A DNA stretch of 64,000 nucleotides from Verrucomicrobiota bacterium (GCA_038748025.1 JBCDJI010000014.1:3539-67538), one strand, 5' to 3'; positions 18,621-27,956 are shown, counted from the first letter of the stretch. Notes: generated by a model from the sequence alone, not told the origin. Numbers and translations are program-made.

Positions 18621-20696
18621 ATGAAAACCACCCTAACTGTAGTCCTATTGTCATCTCTATCCATCATCCATTCACTATCCGCATTGACGGTTACCAATCA
18701 GGCCAATGGCCAGGTAAAGAATGGTATTACCTTCAACAATATATCCGTTTCAAAATCCGATACCGTGGTCATTGCCGTTGCTTCATCCAAGAACAACAGT
18801 GTCTCGATCGATTTTTCCAGTAATTCCGGTGCTGCCTTTGAAACGATCTCCACAGCATCTGACAATCCGGTCTCCGTCACTTACGTTGCATATGCCGCGA
18901 TGCATCAGACTGGAAGCTTTAACTTCACGGTTATTCCAAGCAGCAATGCGGGGGGTCAGACCCGGGCTTCCCTCTTCGTCTTGAGCCCGACCTTTGGGTA
19001 CCGGGTTTTTCCCATAACCGATACCAAAACCGTTTTTTCGGCTGCGGCAAATCCTTCCGGGACATTTGATCTCGCCTATACCATCAATGAATCGGGTCTT
19101 TCTGAATCCGTCTTCATCGAGGCTGCCTCATCCAGCACGAAAACGGTCAATCCAGCGTCAGGCAACGCAATCAACACCTCGGTTAGTATCAGCAAACGGA
19201 AAATCGGATCCGTTGAAGCTACCGATCCAACCAGCCGGGTGAGCGCATGGACGTTCAACACGAACAGTTCCAACGCCGGCAGTGCCATGGGAGTTTTGTT
19301 TTCAGAAGCCTATCCTGCTCTGGATCTCGAAAACGATCTCATTCTCGGTCAATTTGACCTTAAGCCGGATATGGATGATGTCCATTCGGCGGCAGCCTTT
19401 GCGTGTATGCTTGAACATCCGATTCTTTATGAAGCCAATTACTTCATCTACTCAGGTGCATATGGCGTGCAAAACGGAGATTTTATCACAGAAGCAAAGA
19501 GTCTGGGCCTTTATAATACTCTCTTTGGCAGCAGCAATTGGGATGAGGTCAAAGATGAGAATGGTCCGGTAGCCGACTATAACGACGTCGTGCGTGGTGC
19601 ATCGACCCGGGTGGCGAATACGCTTAATGCAGGCGGAAAAGTATGGGTCATCGAAGGTGGACAGTCAGACTTTACTCTCGATTGGGTCAACGAGCTCGAC
19701 AGCTTCCACAGCCTTGATCCAGCACTGGTCAAATATGGTGTTTTTGTCATACAACACAGTTGGTTTAACGAAAAGCAGTCTGGAAACACCAGTAACACCA
19801 GTGAAGTTCTTGATGCTCTCCGGCCTCTCGTGACTTACGTTGAAGTGGACGACGGAAATTTCCTGCCCGGCGTTACTTTCAATCCGAATATTTTTGATCG
19901 CGGTATTCAGACGCCTTGTTTCAATACCAATTATATCATTCCTGATTCCTCAGCGACGGAAGGAGGAATACCTGATCCTGATCAGGAAGACTATCTGGGT
20001 TTTGCCAAAGGTGAAACGGGATACCCCGCCAATATCAATGCCCGTGCTGCAGAAATCTGGACCAAGGCGGATGAAGTGGCGGATACCTGGACCGAGACTC
20101 CTTCCTACTCTCCCATAGACGATGGTGGAGTGGATTTCTCCGATTGTATTATGGCCTGGTTTATTGTGAATGATATTGGAGATGTAACCAGCGCCCAGGC
20201 ATTCTGGGATAAGTATGTTACCAACAACCCGCAGTTGCCTTTTCCCGACTGGGAAACACCAGCCAGTATACCTGGCACCATAGAAGCAGAAAACTATGAC
20301 TATGGTGGATCAGGCGTCGCTTACTCCGACTTTGATGGAGGCAACAACGGAACTTTGGACTACCGTGAATCCGATGACGTCGATAGCGAAGGCTCGACAG
20401 TTGGATGGACACGAGGTGGTGAATGGCTCGAATACACCGTTGATACAACGGCGGGCAATTACACGATTTCAGCGCGTGTGGCATCAGCTGTCTCACAGAA
20501 TGGACGCAAGCTTAGAGTCAAACTGGACGGTGTTACATTGGCGACACTCAATGTGCCTAACGGAGGCACGGGCAGTTGGACGAACTTTACCACCATTTCT
20601 GTATCTGGAGTGAGTATCCCTGCAACGACCGGTGGTGTCATCCGCCTGGAGTTTGTTAAAGGAAAATTCGATCTCGATTCGGTGACGATCAACTAA
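18621..20696 (+). CDS. Secreted protein with a C-terminal CBM6/35-like carbohydrate-binding module; N-terminal ~540 aa of unknown function
   Basis: Signal peptide MKTTLTVVLLSSLSIIHSLSA. The C-terminal IEAENYDYGGSGVAYSD...GWTRGGEWLEYTV...AGNYTISARVAS pattern is typical of CBM6. Confidence 0.6.
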   Translation: MKTTLTVVLLSSLSIIHSLSALTVTNQANGQVKNGITFNNISVSKSDTVVIAVASSKNNSVSIDFSSNSGAAFETISTASDNPVSVTYVAYAAMHQTGSFNFTVIPSSNAGGQTRASLFVLSPTFGYRVFPITDTKTVFSAAANPSGTFDLAYTINESGLSESVFIEAASSSTKTVNPASGNAINTSVSISKRKIGSVEATDPTSRVSAWTFNTNSSNAGSAMGVLFSEAYPALDLENDLILGQFDLKPDMDDVHSAAAFACMLEHPILYEANYFIYSGAYGVQNGDFITEAKSLGLYNTLFGSSNWDEVKDENGPVADYNDVVRGASTRVANTLNAGGKVWVIEGGQSDFTLDWVNELDSFHSLDPALVKYGVFVIQHSWFNEKQSGNTSNTSEVLDALRPLVTYVEVDDGNFLPGVTFNPNIFDRGIQTPCFNTNYIIPDSSATEGGIPDPDQEDYLGFAKGETGYPANINARAAEIWTKADEVADTWTETPSYSPIDDGGVDFSDCIMAWFIVNDIGDVTSAQAFWDKYVTNNPQLPFPDWETPASIPGTIEAENYDYGGSGVAYSDFDGGNNGTLDYRESDDVDSEGSTVGWTRGGEWLEYTVDTTAGNYTISARVASAVSQNGRKLRVKLDGVTLATLNVPNGGTGSWTNFTTISVSGVSIPATTGGVIRLEFVKGKFDLDSVTIN

Positions 20697-20731
20697 GAAG
20701 AAAATCACACCAACCTGGTTTTTACTGATTC

Positions 20732-20764
20732 AAGCCACGACCGCATTTCGGTCGTGGCTTTTCA
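20732..20764 (+). terminator. Rho-independent terminator
   Basis: An 11-bp GC-rich stem AAGCCACGACC / GGTCGTGGCTT with a 7-nt loop, followed by TTTTC. It lies 36 nt after the CBM6 gene stop. Confidence 0.7.
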
Positions 20765-21081
20765 GAATATTAGAGCATTTTTAGCTTAATGGGACGCATG
20801 GAAAGAATAGCGTATGACCAGAAGTCTCCGGACATTCTTTATCCCGACACACTGCGCAGTCGGGACAACGTTTTCTCATCCTACCTTTCCCCGTGTAGGA
20901 TGCAACTGTCGGACTTCTTGCCATTGTTATAGTGAGAATGATGGCAAATCAGTTAGGACACACTTTCGCCAGCGTAGTGAAACTAGTTACTCTGCGTTTA
21001 ACCAGACAGTCTTCTGTGGCCATGCAGATAGAGCGGATGAAGGAATATGCCAACCTGTTGTCAGACCCTGTCTTACGGGAG

Positions 21082-21786
21082 CTACCGGTAGACGATTCTG
21101 GTAATCCTGAGATCCAGTGATTGACCCAGTAGCTGAGCCAGGTTTCGTTGCATGCGCAGGCTGGCAGTGGCGGAGGGATTGATCGACTGGCAGTAGGCGA
21201 TGCCGCGTTTTTTATCCACGTAGGTCAGACGCACCTGCTGGGCATTTTCGACGCCAACCAGATCCTGCCAGGTATGCTGCAAGTGGCTCGGATTGGACTG
21301 GCTGCGGTGGTTGACCTTGCTCAGGACACTTTGGATCCAGCGTTTGCGTGTGGTGGTGGCGCGGCTTTCGTGGTTGAGCTGCACGGGATCATCTTTGAGT
21401 GCTTTACTGTAAATTTCGCGCTCGTTAGAAGAGAGGCTGCGTCCTTCGTTTTTTAAAGTGGTTTCCTCCACTTTTGCCAGTGCTTGCATGTGGGAGAGCA
21501 GACGATCATAAATGATGTTTTCCAGATGGTTACGCATCAGGTCGGCCGCCCGATCTGGTGTTATCTTTTTGAATAAGTCGGATTGACGCAGCGCCTGCTC
21601 TTCTGCTTTAAAAATGCGCAGATAGTCAGTTTTCAGAACCTGCATGTAGGGGCGACCGCGTGTGCCGCCGATGAAGCAGTAAATACCTTCTTTTTCAATG
21701 ACTTCACGTTTAGCACGCGACTTGTGCTGACGCTGAAGTTTCAGGCGCCGGTAGGTCGACCATTCTTTCTTTTTGTCCTGATTCAC
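21082..21786 (-). CDS. DUF721/DciA-like protein with a long basic N-terminal extension
   Basis: The C-terminal ~60 aa (WQDLVGVENAQQVRLTYVDKKRGIAYCQSINPSATASLRMQRNLAQLLGQSL) fit the DUF721 pattern. The N-terminus is Lys/Arg-rich. Confidence 0.45.
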   Translation of the reverse strand: MNQDKKKEWSTYRRLKLQRQHKSRAKREVIEKEGIYCFIGGTRGRPYMQVLKTDYLRIFKAEEQALRQSDLFKKITPDRAADLMRNHLENIIYDRLLSHMQALAKVEETTLKNEGRSLSSNEREIYSKALKDDPVQLNHESRATTTRKRWIQSVLSKVNHRSQSNPSHLQHTWQDLVGVENAQQVRLTYVDKKRGIAYCQSINPSATASLRMQRNLAQLLGQSLDLRITRIVYR

Positions 21787-21923
21787 AAATCAATTTATGC
21801 CGGTATGCGGTATGGATTAAAGACTAAATCGAAAGTTTGCCCGTAGTGAAATTTAGATATCTGAATCAGGGGATAATTTCTATGGTTGGCCTGATGCCGC
21901 AATCTGGCATGCTCATGGTTGGT

Positions 21924-23042
21924 ATGCCGGAGTCGATCCACATCTCAGGTCAGAAGATCATCCCACAGGCGGATATCATCCGGAATATTTATGTTCATGT
22001 GCCATTTTGCACCCATATCTGTCCGTATTGTTCTTTCTACAAGACACGTAATCTAACTCATTCGATGGCTCCTTTTCTCCCGGCACTGGAAAGGGAGGTT
22101 GAGGCCATCCGGGAATATCTGCCGGTATTACCTGAAACGATATTTTTCGGAGGTGGAACGCCAACAGCATTAAGTGTCTCACAGCTCACTGAGATGGGCC
22201 GTTTCTGGCCATGGAAAGAAGTGATGGAATTCACAATGGAGGCTAACCCGATGACGGTTTCCAGTCGCAAGGCGGAGACATTACAGGAGCTGGGTGTCAA
22301 CAGGATCAGTCTGGGTGTTCAGGCTTTTGATGAAACGTCGCTGCAGTTGCTGGGACGCACACATCGGGCACCGGATGTCGTCAAAACGTTCCGGCGGCTG
22401 CGTCAGTATGGATTTAACAATATTAATATTGATCTGATGTTCGCATTGCCGGGACAGTCGATGCAGACTTGGCAAAGCAGCTTACAGCAGGCACTCGAAC
22501 TGGAGCCGGACCATATTTCACTATACGAACTGACCTACGAAGAGGATACCGAGTTTCTGGAAAAACTGCAGGCTGGTCTGCTTCAAGAGGAATCTACGGG
22601 TCAGGAAATGCACGAATGGGCGATTGAGTTATTACATTCAAACGAGTTCGTGAACTATGAAGTATCGAATTTTGCCAGAACCGGCAAGGAAGCCCGCCAC
22701 AATCTGGCCTGTTGGGCTGGTGAGGATTATATTGGTCTCGGGCCAAGCGCCTGTTCAACCGTGGGCCGGCACCGGTGGAAAACCGTTGCCGATATTCACC
22801 GTTACGGGAATAACCCATTGGAACGCGAATGGGAAATCATGGATGAGTCAACCAGGCGCCAGGAAAAAATAATGTTAGGATTACGGACTAATCGCGGTAT
22901 CCCTGGTGAGTGGATTCAGGATCGCGAGCAGCTGGTTGAAAATCTGGAGCAAGACCGTTTTCTGCGGCGGGATCAGGACCGTATTGTTCTGACTTCACGT
23001 GGACTCCTGGTTGCAGATTCCATTACAGAAGAGCTGCTGTGA
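21924..23042 (+). CDS. hemW: Radical SAM heme chaperone HemW (HemN-like, oxygen-independent coproporphyrinogen oxidase family)
   Basis: YVHVPFCTHICPYCSF radical-SAM cluster motif and a GGGTP motif. The ORF is open from 21837; an internal Met was chosen to give a family-typical N-terminal length, so the start is uncertain. Confidence 0.85.
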   Translation: MPESIHISGQKIIPQADIIRNIYVHVPFCTHICPYCSFYKTRNLTHSMAPFLPALEREVEAIREYLPVLPETIFFGGGTPTALSVSQLTEMGRFWPWKEVMEFTMEANPMTVSSRKAETLQELGVNRISLGVQAFDETSLQLLGRTHRAPDVVKTFRRLRQYGFNNINIDLMFALPGQSMQTWQSSLQQALELEPDHISLYELTYEEDTEFLEKLQAGLLQEESTGQEMHEWAIELLHSNEFVNYEVSNFARTGKEARHNLACWAGEDYIGLGPSACSTVGRHRWKTVADIHRYGNNPLEREWEIMDESTRRQEKIMLGLRTNRGIPGEWIQDREQLVENLEQDRFLRRDQDRIVLTSRGLLVADSITEELL

Positions 23043-24133
23043 AGCCTTTTACTGTGATGGCCCCGGGTCGTGCTGAAGTGCTGGGGAATCATACCGACTA
23101 TAATGAGGGGTTGGTGCTGTCAATTGCGATCAGTGTCAGAACAACTGTTTGTGGCAAACCAGCCGAGCGCCATACGCTTAGATTGACTTCTGAGAAGATG
23201 CAGGATGGGTGGACGGGGGACCTGGGAAATTTGATACCGTTGCAGGAACCGGAACCCACCTGGCCCAATTACGTGATTGGTGTTGCGCAGGCCCTGAAGG
23301 AACGGAATATCGTATTCAAAGGGGGAGATCTGATGATTTCTTCAAATATTCCGGTTGGGACCGGACTCAGTAGCAGCGCAGCATTGGAGATGGCCTCCGG
23401 GCTGGCTTTTCAGCAGTTAGGTGAATTTGAGCTTAATACGATAGAACTGGCCAGGGCCGGACAGTATGCGGAACACCATTTTGCCGGGGTTCAATGCGGG
23501 CTGTTGGATCAGATTTCTGTGCTGGCAGGTAAATCCGGTCACCTGACATTTATCGATTGCCAATCCCTTGAAATCCGGCATTTGCCTTTACCTAGAGGCT
23601 GGGTATTTGTCATCGTTGATTCAGGAGTAAATCACGCTATGAGCAGTGGAAAGTATAATAAACGCCGCAAAGCTTGTGAGGCAGCAGCTCATGCACTGAA
23701 AATAGCCTCACTGCGGCAAGTAACGCCCGGAGAATTGGAAGTGAAAAAGGATCAACTTGACGGGACTTCTTTTAAATGTGCCATGCATCCGGTAGGAGAG
23801 ACAGCTCGCGTGGCACATGCGGTAAGCGCTCTGGCTGCCGGAAATATCAATGTACTGGGAAAGTTGATGTTTGAATCGCATCAGAGTTCGATCCAATACT
23901 TTGAGAACAGTTGTGCAGAGCTGGACTTTCTGGTTGCTCAGGCTGCCCGGCACGATGCCTGTATTGGTGCCCGCTTAAGCGGAGGTGGATTTGGTGGAGC
24001 AACCATTAATCTGGTTAAGGAAAACCAGGCTGCCCGGTTCGTGAAAGACATGCAAAATGCTTATAAAGTAAAATATGGTTCTAAGCCATGGACTTTAATC
24101 ACACCAGCCTGTAACGGGGCGCATACGGTTTAG
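23039..24133 (+). CDS. galK: Galactokinase
   Basis: APGRAEVLGNHTDYNEG and the GHMP motif PVGTGLSSSAALE. The GTG start overlaps the hemW stop. Confidence 0.9.
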   Translation: MKPFTVMAPGRAEVLGNHTDYNEGLVLSIAISVRTTVCGKPAERHTLRLTSEKMQDGWTGDLGNLIPLQEPEPTWPNYVIGVAQALKERNIVFKGGDLMISSNIPVGTGLSSSAALEMASGLAFQQLGEFELNTIELARAGQYAEHHFAGVQCGLLDQISVLAGKSGHLTFIDCQSLEIRHLPLPRGWVFVIVDSGVNHAMSSGKYNKRRKACEAAAHALKIASLRQVTPGELEVKKDQLDGTSFKCAMHPVGETARVAHAVSALAAGNINVLGKLMFESHQSSIQYFENSCAELDFLVAQAARHDACIGARLSGGGFGGATINLVKENQAARFVKDMQNAYKVKYGSKPWTLITPACNGAHTV

Positions 24134-24143
24134 AAATGAATTT

Positions 24144-24195
24144 CAAACTAGGGACGGAGGTACGTTGAATTCAACGTACCTCCGTCCCTAGTTTG
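24144..24195. repeat. 52-nt perfect palindrome (hairpin element, copy 1) between convergent galK and folE2
   Basis: CAAACTAGGGACGGAGGTACGTTGAATTCAACGTACCTCCGTCCCTAGTTTG. The outer 18-nt arm AAACTAGGGACGGAGGTA recurs at 27846. Confidence 0.85.
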
Positions 24196-24197
24196 AT

Positions 24198-25007
24198 TTA
24201 ACGCAAATCGTTTTCAATCACGGCAAAGGCGCTGTGATTATGGATGCTTTCCACGTTTTCCGCTTCCACCCGATACCAGGTAATATCGGGGTGGTCGTTA
24301 CAGCGCAGGGCAATATTGCGCACCAAGTCCTCGACAAATACCGGATTATCGAAGGCTTTCTCGGTCACGTACTTTTCGTCTTCGCGTTTCAACAAAGAAT
24401 ACAATTCACAACTCGCAGATTCCTCTACGATCTGAACCACGTCTTCGATCCAGACAGTCTTGTCAAAACGCACAGCGAGTTCGACATAACCGCGCTGATT
24501 GTGGGCACCACGAGCGCTAATCGATTTACTACAGGGACACAGGGTAGTAACGGGAACATTGACAGAGAGAATGAAGTCGGTGGTGCTATCGGTGACACTG
24601 GCATCGAATTTGGCGGCATAATCCAGTAGACCGCTGGCTCCGGTGATCGGGGCCTTTTTTTCCATAAAGTAGGGGAAATCCAGCTCAATATGTGCGGTGC
24701 GCGCTTCCAGGCGGTCCTGAAGTTCTTTGAGAATAGTCGGGATGTTCTCCACATGGATCAGACGACCATGGGAATTGAGCACCTCCACAAAACGGCTCAT
24801 ATGCGTTCCTTTAAAATGCTGAGGTAAATCGACACTTAGTGAAAGCATGGCAACCGTGTCCTGACGGAGATGAGCCTTGTCCATGATTTCAATAGGATGA
24901 CGGAGACCGCGGACACCAACTTTATCGATCTTTAGCTGCCTGTCATCCGGCTTGCTCTGGGTATCGTCCAAGGTCTGGTCTGCTTGAGTATGGGTAAGGT
25001 CTGACAT
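24198..25007 (-). CDS. folE2: GTP cyclohydrolase I type 2 (FolE2/MptA family)
   Basis: 269 aa. Motifs DLPQHFKGTHMSRFVE and TTLCPCSK...GAHNQRG are typical of FolE2. Confidence 0.85.
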   Translation of the reverse strand: MSDLTHTQADQTLDDTQSKPDDRQLKIDKVGVRGLRHPIEIMDKAHLRQDTVAMLSLSVDLPQHFKGTHMSRFVEVLNSHGRLIHVENIPTILKELQDRLEARTAHIELDFPYFMEKKAPITGASGLLDYAAKFDASVTDSTTDFILSVNVPVTTLCPCSKSISARGAHNQRGYVELAVRFDKTVWIEDVVQIVEESASCELYSLLKREDEKYVTEKAFDNPVFVEDLVRNIALRCNDHPDITWYRVEAENVESIHNHSAFAVIENDLR

Positions 25008-25116
25008 ATTTTAGGAATAGAACCATATCGGCATCACCATAGAGTGCAATTCCGCCTGGAATTATATTTACCGAGTGGTTTTGAATCCGGGCGGTAGTGT
25101 ATAAGTGCTGGAGCTT

Positions 25117-25401
25117 TCAGGAAGACGCGGTGTCTTTTTGTTTATCACTGTCGACAACTTCAGTATTATGGGCTTGAGTTTCCGGAAGCGGGTTGGCTGT
25201 TTTTCTGGCTTCCTCTTCATCGGCAGCACGCTGGATTTCACGTTCCAGTTCATCTTTGGCTTTACGGAATTCACCCAGGCTTTTTCCTAGCGCACGGGCC
25301 AGACCCGGCAGCTTACTGGCTCCGAACAGCAGGAGTACCACCAGGAAAATGATGATGAGTTCTGGTCCTTGCGGGAGGCCAAAAGCAAATAAAATTGTCA
25401 T
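25117..25401 (-). CDS. tatA: Twin-arginine translocase subunit TatA/E
   Basis: FGLPQGPELIIIFLVVLLLFGASKLPGLARALGKSLGEFRKA is the TatA signature. Confidence 0.9.
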   Translation of the reverse strand: MTILFAFGLPQGPELIIIFLVVLLLFGASKLPGLARALGKSLGEFRKAKDELEREIQRAADEEEARKTANPLPETQAHNTEVVDSDKQKDTASS

Positions 25402-25453
25402 ATCTTTATAATAAGTGTTTGGAAGCTGGGGCGCAAAGGCTTAATTTAATAAA

Positions 25454-25870
25454 ATGAAGCAAAGCCTTGTGCCTGTGAGCTTGTGTGCGGCACTTTCAGC
25501 AGTGCTCATTTCCTGTGGAGGCGGGCCTTCGGTGGAATTGAATGATCCGGTATTTCCAACCGAAGCTTCCACGGCTTTACTGATGGATGAAGTGCTGGCA
25601 ACAGTCATTGAAATTCAGGATCAGAGCGTTTCGCGCGATGAAAACGGGGTTATTCTGGCAGAAACGCTGATCAGGAACAAAACCAGTGCTCCGGTGAGTC
25701 TGATGGTTCGCTGCCTGTTTAAAGACCAATTGGGAGTGACCAAAGAGGTTTCTCCCTGGAAAAAGATCGAAATTACGTCTCAAGGGCGCCAAATCTACGT
25801 GGCTCCAAGTCTGAATCGTTATTCTGAGCGGTTCATTGTGCAAATCCGGCTTTCGAATGGCAATGAATAA
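25454..25870 (+). CDS. Lipoprotein, YcfL/DUF1425-like
   Basis: Lipobox LISCGG. The body pattern (ILAETLIRNKTSAPVSLMVRCLFKDQLGV) resembles DUF1425. Confidence 0.45.
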   Translation: MKQSLVPVSLCAALSAVLISCGGGPSVELNDPVFPTEASTALLMDEVLATVIEIQDQSVSRDENGVILAETLIRNKTSAPVSLMVRCLFKDQLGVTKEVSPWKKIEITSQGRQIYVAPSLNRYSERFIVQIRLSNGNE

Positions 25871-26085
25871 GTACTTGTCAGAATGAATAGACGTCTCTAC
25901 GTTTTCAAACCGTTTAAGAATTTCGCGGATGCGGGATGGCGGATCATATGAAACACAAACCCTGAGCTGTCAGGTGAATAACAGCACACTATAAGTAAGT
26001 TCGCATTTTAGGTGGTTGGCTCTGCTCGAGCACTTCTGAATTGTACAAGTCTGGAGATTCCACCGATTTACGTTCTATTTTCGTT

Positions 26086-27759
26086 ATGAAAGATATGGAA
26101 GCCCTATTAAATGCCTCTCTTCAGAATTATAAAGAGGGCAGCATTGTAACCGGAAGCATCCTGGAAAAGCGTTCCAAAGAAATCGTGATTGATATTGGGT
26201 ACAAATCGGAAGGTATAGTTGACATCGACGAATTTGAAGATCCGGATGCGCTCGAAGCCGGTCAGGATGTCGAGGTTCTGCTTGAGAAACTTGAAAATGA
26301 CGACGGTATGGTCGTTCTCTCTCGCCAGAAGGCGGCGCAGAAACAGAACTGGGAGAAAGTGGTTCAGATTTTTAATGAAGGGCAGCGCCTCAAGGGTCGT
26401 GTCCGTAAAGTGGTTAAAGGCGGCCTGATGATCAACATCGGTGTGGAAGCCTTCATGCCGGCGTCCCAGGTGGATATCATGCCGCCGAAGAACCTTAAGG
26501 AATTTGAAGACCAGATGATCGAGTGCAAGATCGTCAAAGTAAACGAAGAGCGCAAAAATGTGGTGGTTTCCCGTCGCGAAATCATCGAAGAAGAACGTGC
26601 TGAGAAACGTGCTGAGCTGCTTGCTACCATCGAAAAAGGTGCGGTCGTTACAGGTTTGATCAAAAACATCACCGATTTTGGTGCCTTCATTGACCTGAAC
26701 GGTTTGGATGGGCTACTGCATATCACTGATATCAGCTGGGGTCGGATCAATCATCCGTCCGAACAGCTTACCGTCGGTCAGGAAGTGGAAGTCATGGTGC
26801 TCGATATCGATCGCGAAAAAGAGCGTGTTTCACTGGGTTTGAAGCAGCGTTTTGACAATCCATGGGAAAAGATTGCCGAGAAATATCCGGTGGATGCCAA
26901 AGTATCCGGCAAGATCACCAGTCTGGTGCCTTATGGGGCTTTTGTAGAGCTGGAAACTGGTATCGAGGGTTTGATTCATGTTTCTGAGATTTCTTGGACC
27001 AAGCGCATTGCGCGTCCTTCAGATGTGCTCGAAACCGGTCAGGAAATCGAGGCAGTGGTTACTGATATCAACTTGGAGGATCAGAAGATCTCTCTGAGCA
27101 TGCGCCAGCTGGAAGCTAACCCCTGGGATACCATCCAAGAACGGTATCCGCTCAATGCACAGGTCAAAGGTGTGGTGCGCAACTTGACCGCTTATGGTGC
27201 CTTTGTAGAACTGGAGGAAGGTATTGATGGGATGATTCACGTTTCCGATCTGTCCTGGACGCGCAAAGTGAACCACCCGTCCGAGGTGCTGAAGAAGGGC
27301 GATGAGATTGAAGCCCAGGTTTTGGGGATCGATAAGCAGAACCAGCGCATCAGTCTTGGTATTAAACAGCTTTCCACGGATCCATGGGAAGAGATTGACA
27401 GCCATTACAAGGTTGGTGATCTGGTTAAAGGTGAAGTCACTAAAATTGCCAGTTTCGGTGCCTTCATCCAGCTTGCAGATGAGATTGACGGATTAGTTCA
27501 CATCTCACAGATCAGCGAAGAACGTGTTAATAAAGTGAAGGATGTTCTCAAGTCCGGTGACGCAGTGGAAGCGCGCGTTATCAAAGTGGACAAGGTGGAG
27601 CGTCGCATCGGGTTGTCCATCAAGGCAGCCAATTATAGCGAAGCGGACCTTAAGAAGGAACAGAAAGCCTACGAAAATCTGCGTAGTGGTGACATGTTAG
27701 GATCCATGGGTGATGCCTTCGCTGTAGCAGAGGAGGAATTCCGCCCCGGCGAGAAATAA
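26086..27759 (+). CDS. rpsA: 30S ribosomal protein S1
   Basis: Six S1-domain repeats (G.V...I..FGAF..L..G.dGLlHiSe). The start is taken at the ATG at 26086; the ORF is open from 26041. Confidence 0.95.
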   Translation: MKDMEALLNASLQNYKEGSIVTGSILEKRSKEIVIDIGYKSEGIVDIDEFEDPDALEAGQDVEVLLEKLENDDGMVVLSRQKAAQKQNWEKVVQIFNEGQRLKGRVRKVVKGGLMINIGVEAFMPASQVDIMPPKNLKEFEDQMIECKIVKVNEERKNVVVSRREIIEEERAEKRAELLATIEKGAVVTGLIKNITDFGAFIDLNGLDGLLHITDISWGRINHPSEQLTVGQEVEVMVLDIDREKERVSLGLKQRFDNPWEKIAEKYPVDAKVSGKITSLVPYGAFVELETGIEGLIHVSEISWTKRIARPSDVLETGQEIEAVVTDINLEDQKISLSMRQLEANPWDTIQERYPLNAQVKGVVRNLTAYGAFVELEEGIDGMIHVSDLSWTRKVNHPSEVLKKGDEIEAQVLGIDKQNQRISLGIKQLSTDPWEEIDSHYKVGDLVKGEVTKIASFGAFIQLADEIDGLVHISQISEERVNKVKDVLKSGDAVEARVIKVDKVERRIGLSIKAANYSEADLKKEQKAYENLRSGDMLGSMGDAFAVAEEEFRPGEK

Positions 27760-27793
27760 GCCGAACGGGTCCTCTACCAGTTTAAGTATTAGC

Positions 27794-27833
27794 AATCCCG
27801 ATGCAGGTAACTACCTGCATCGGGATTCTTTTA
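27794..27833 (+). terminator. Rho-independent terminator of rpsA
   Basis: Long stem AATCCCGATGCAGGTA / TACCTGCATCGGGATT followed by CTTTTAT. Confidence 0.75.
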
Positions 27834-27844
27834 TACATCAATCT

Positions 27845-27902
27845 AAAACTAGGGACGGAGGTAAGTCTGGTATTTTCCAGACTTACCTCCGTCCCTAGTT
27901 TT
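27845..27902. repeat. Hairpin element, copy 2 (26-bp arms, 6-nt loop), sharing its outer arm with 24144..24195
   Basis: AAAACTAGGGACGGAGGTAAGTCTGG-TATTTT-CCAGACTTACCTCCGTCCCTAGTTTT. Confidence 0.85.
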
Positions 27903-27956
27903 TCACATAAATTTCATATTTATTCGGGCAGTGGCTTACGCTAGGTTTGCTGCTGC

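Noticed and set aside
24167-24172. GAATTC (EcoRI site) exactly at the centre of the 52-nt palindrome.
   Set aside because: Any perfect palindrome has a palindromic hexamer at its centre. There is no evidence of a restriction-modification link.
25008-25116. CCGCCTGG and CCGGGCGG strings upstream of folE2 that recall the 3' element of the ZTP (pfl) riboswitch.
   Set aside because: They sit on the wrong strand or in the wrong order relative to the minus-strand folE2. I could not find the 5' GGGTCGTGACTGGCG-type half, so there is no support for a riboswitch.
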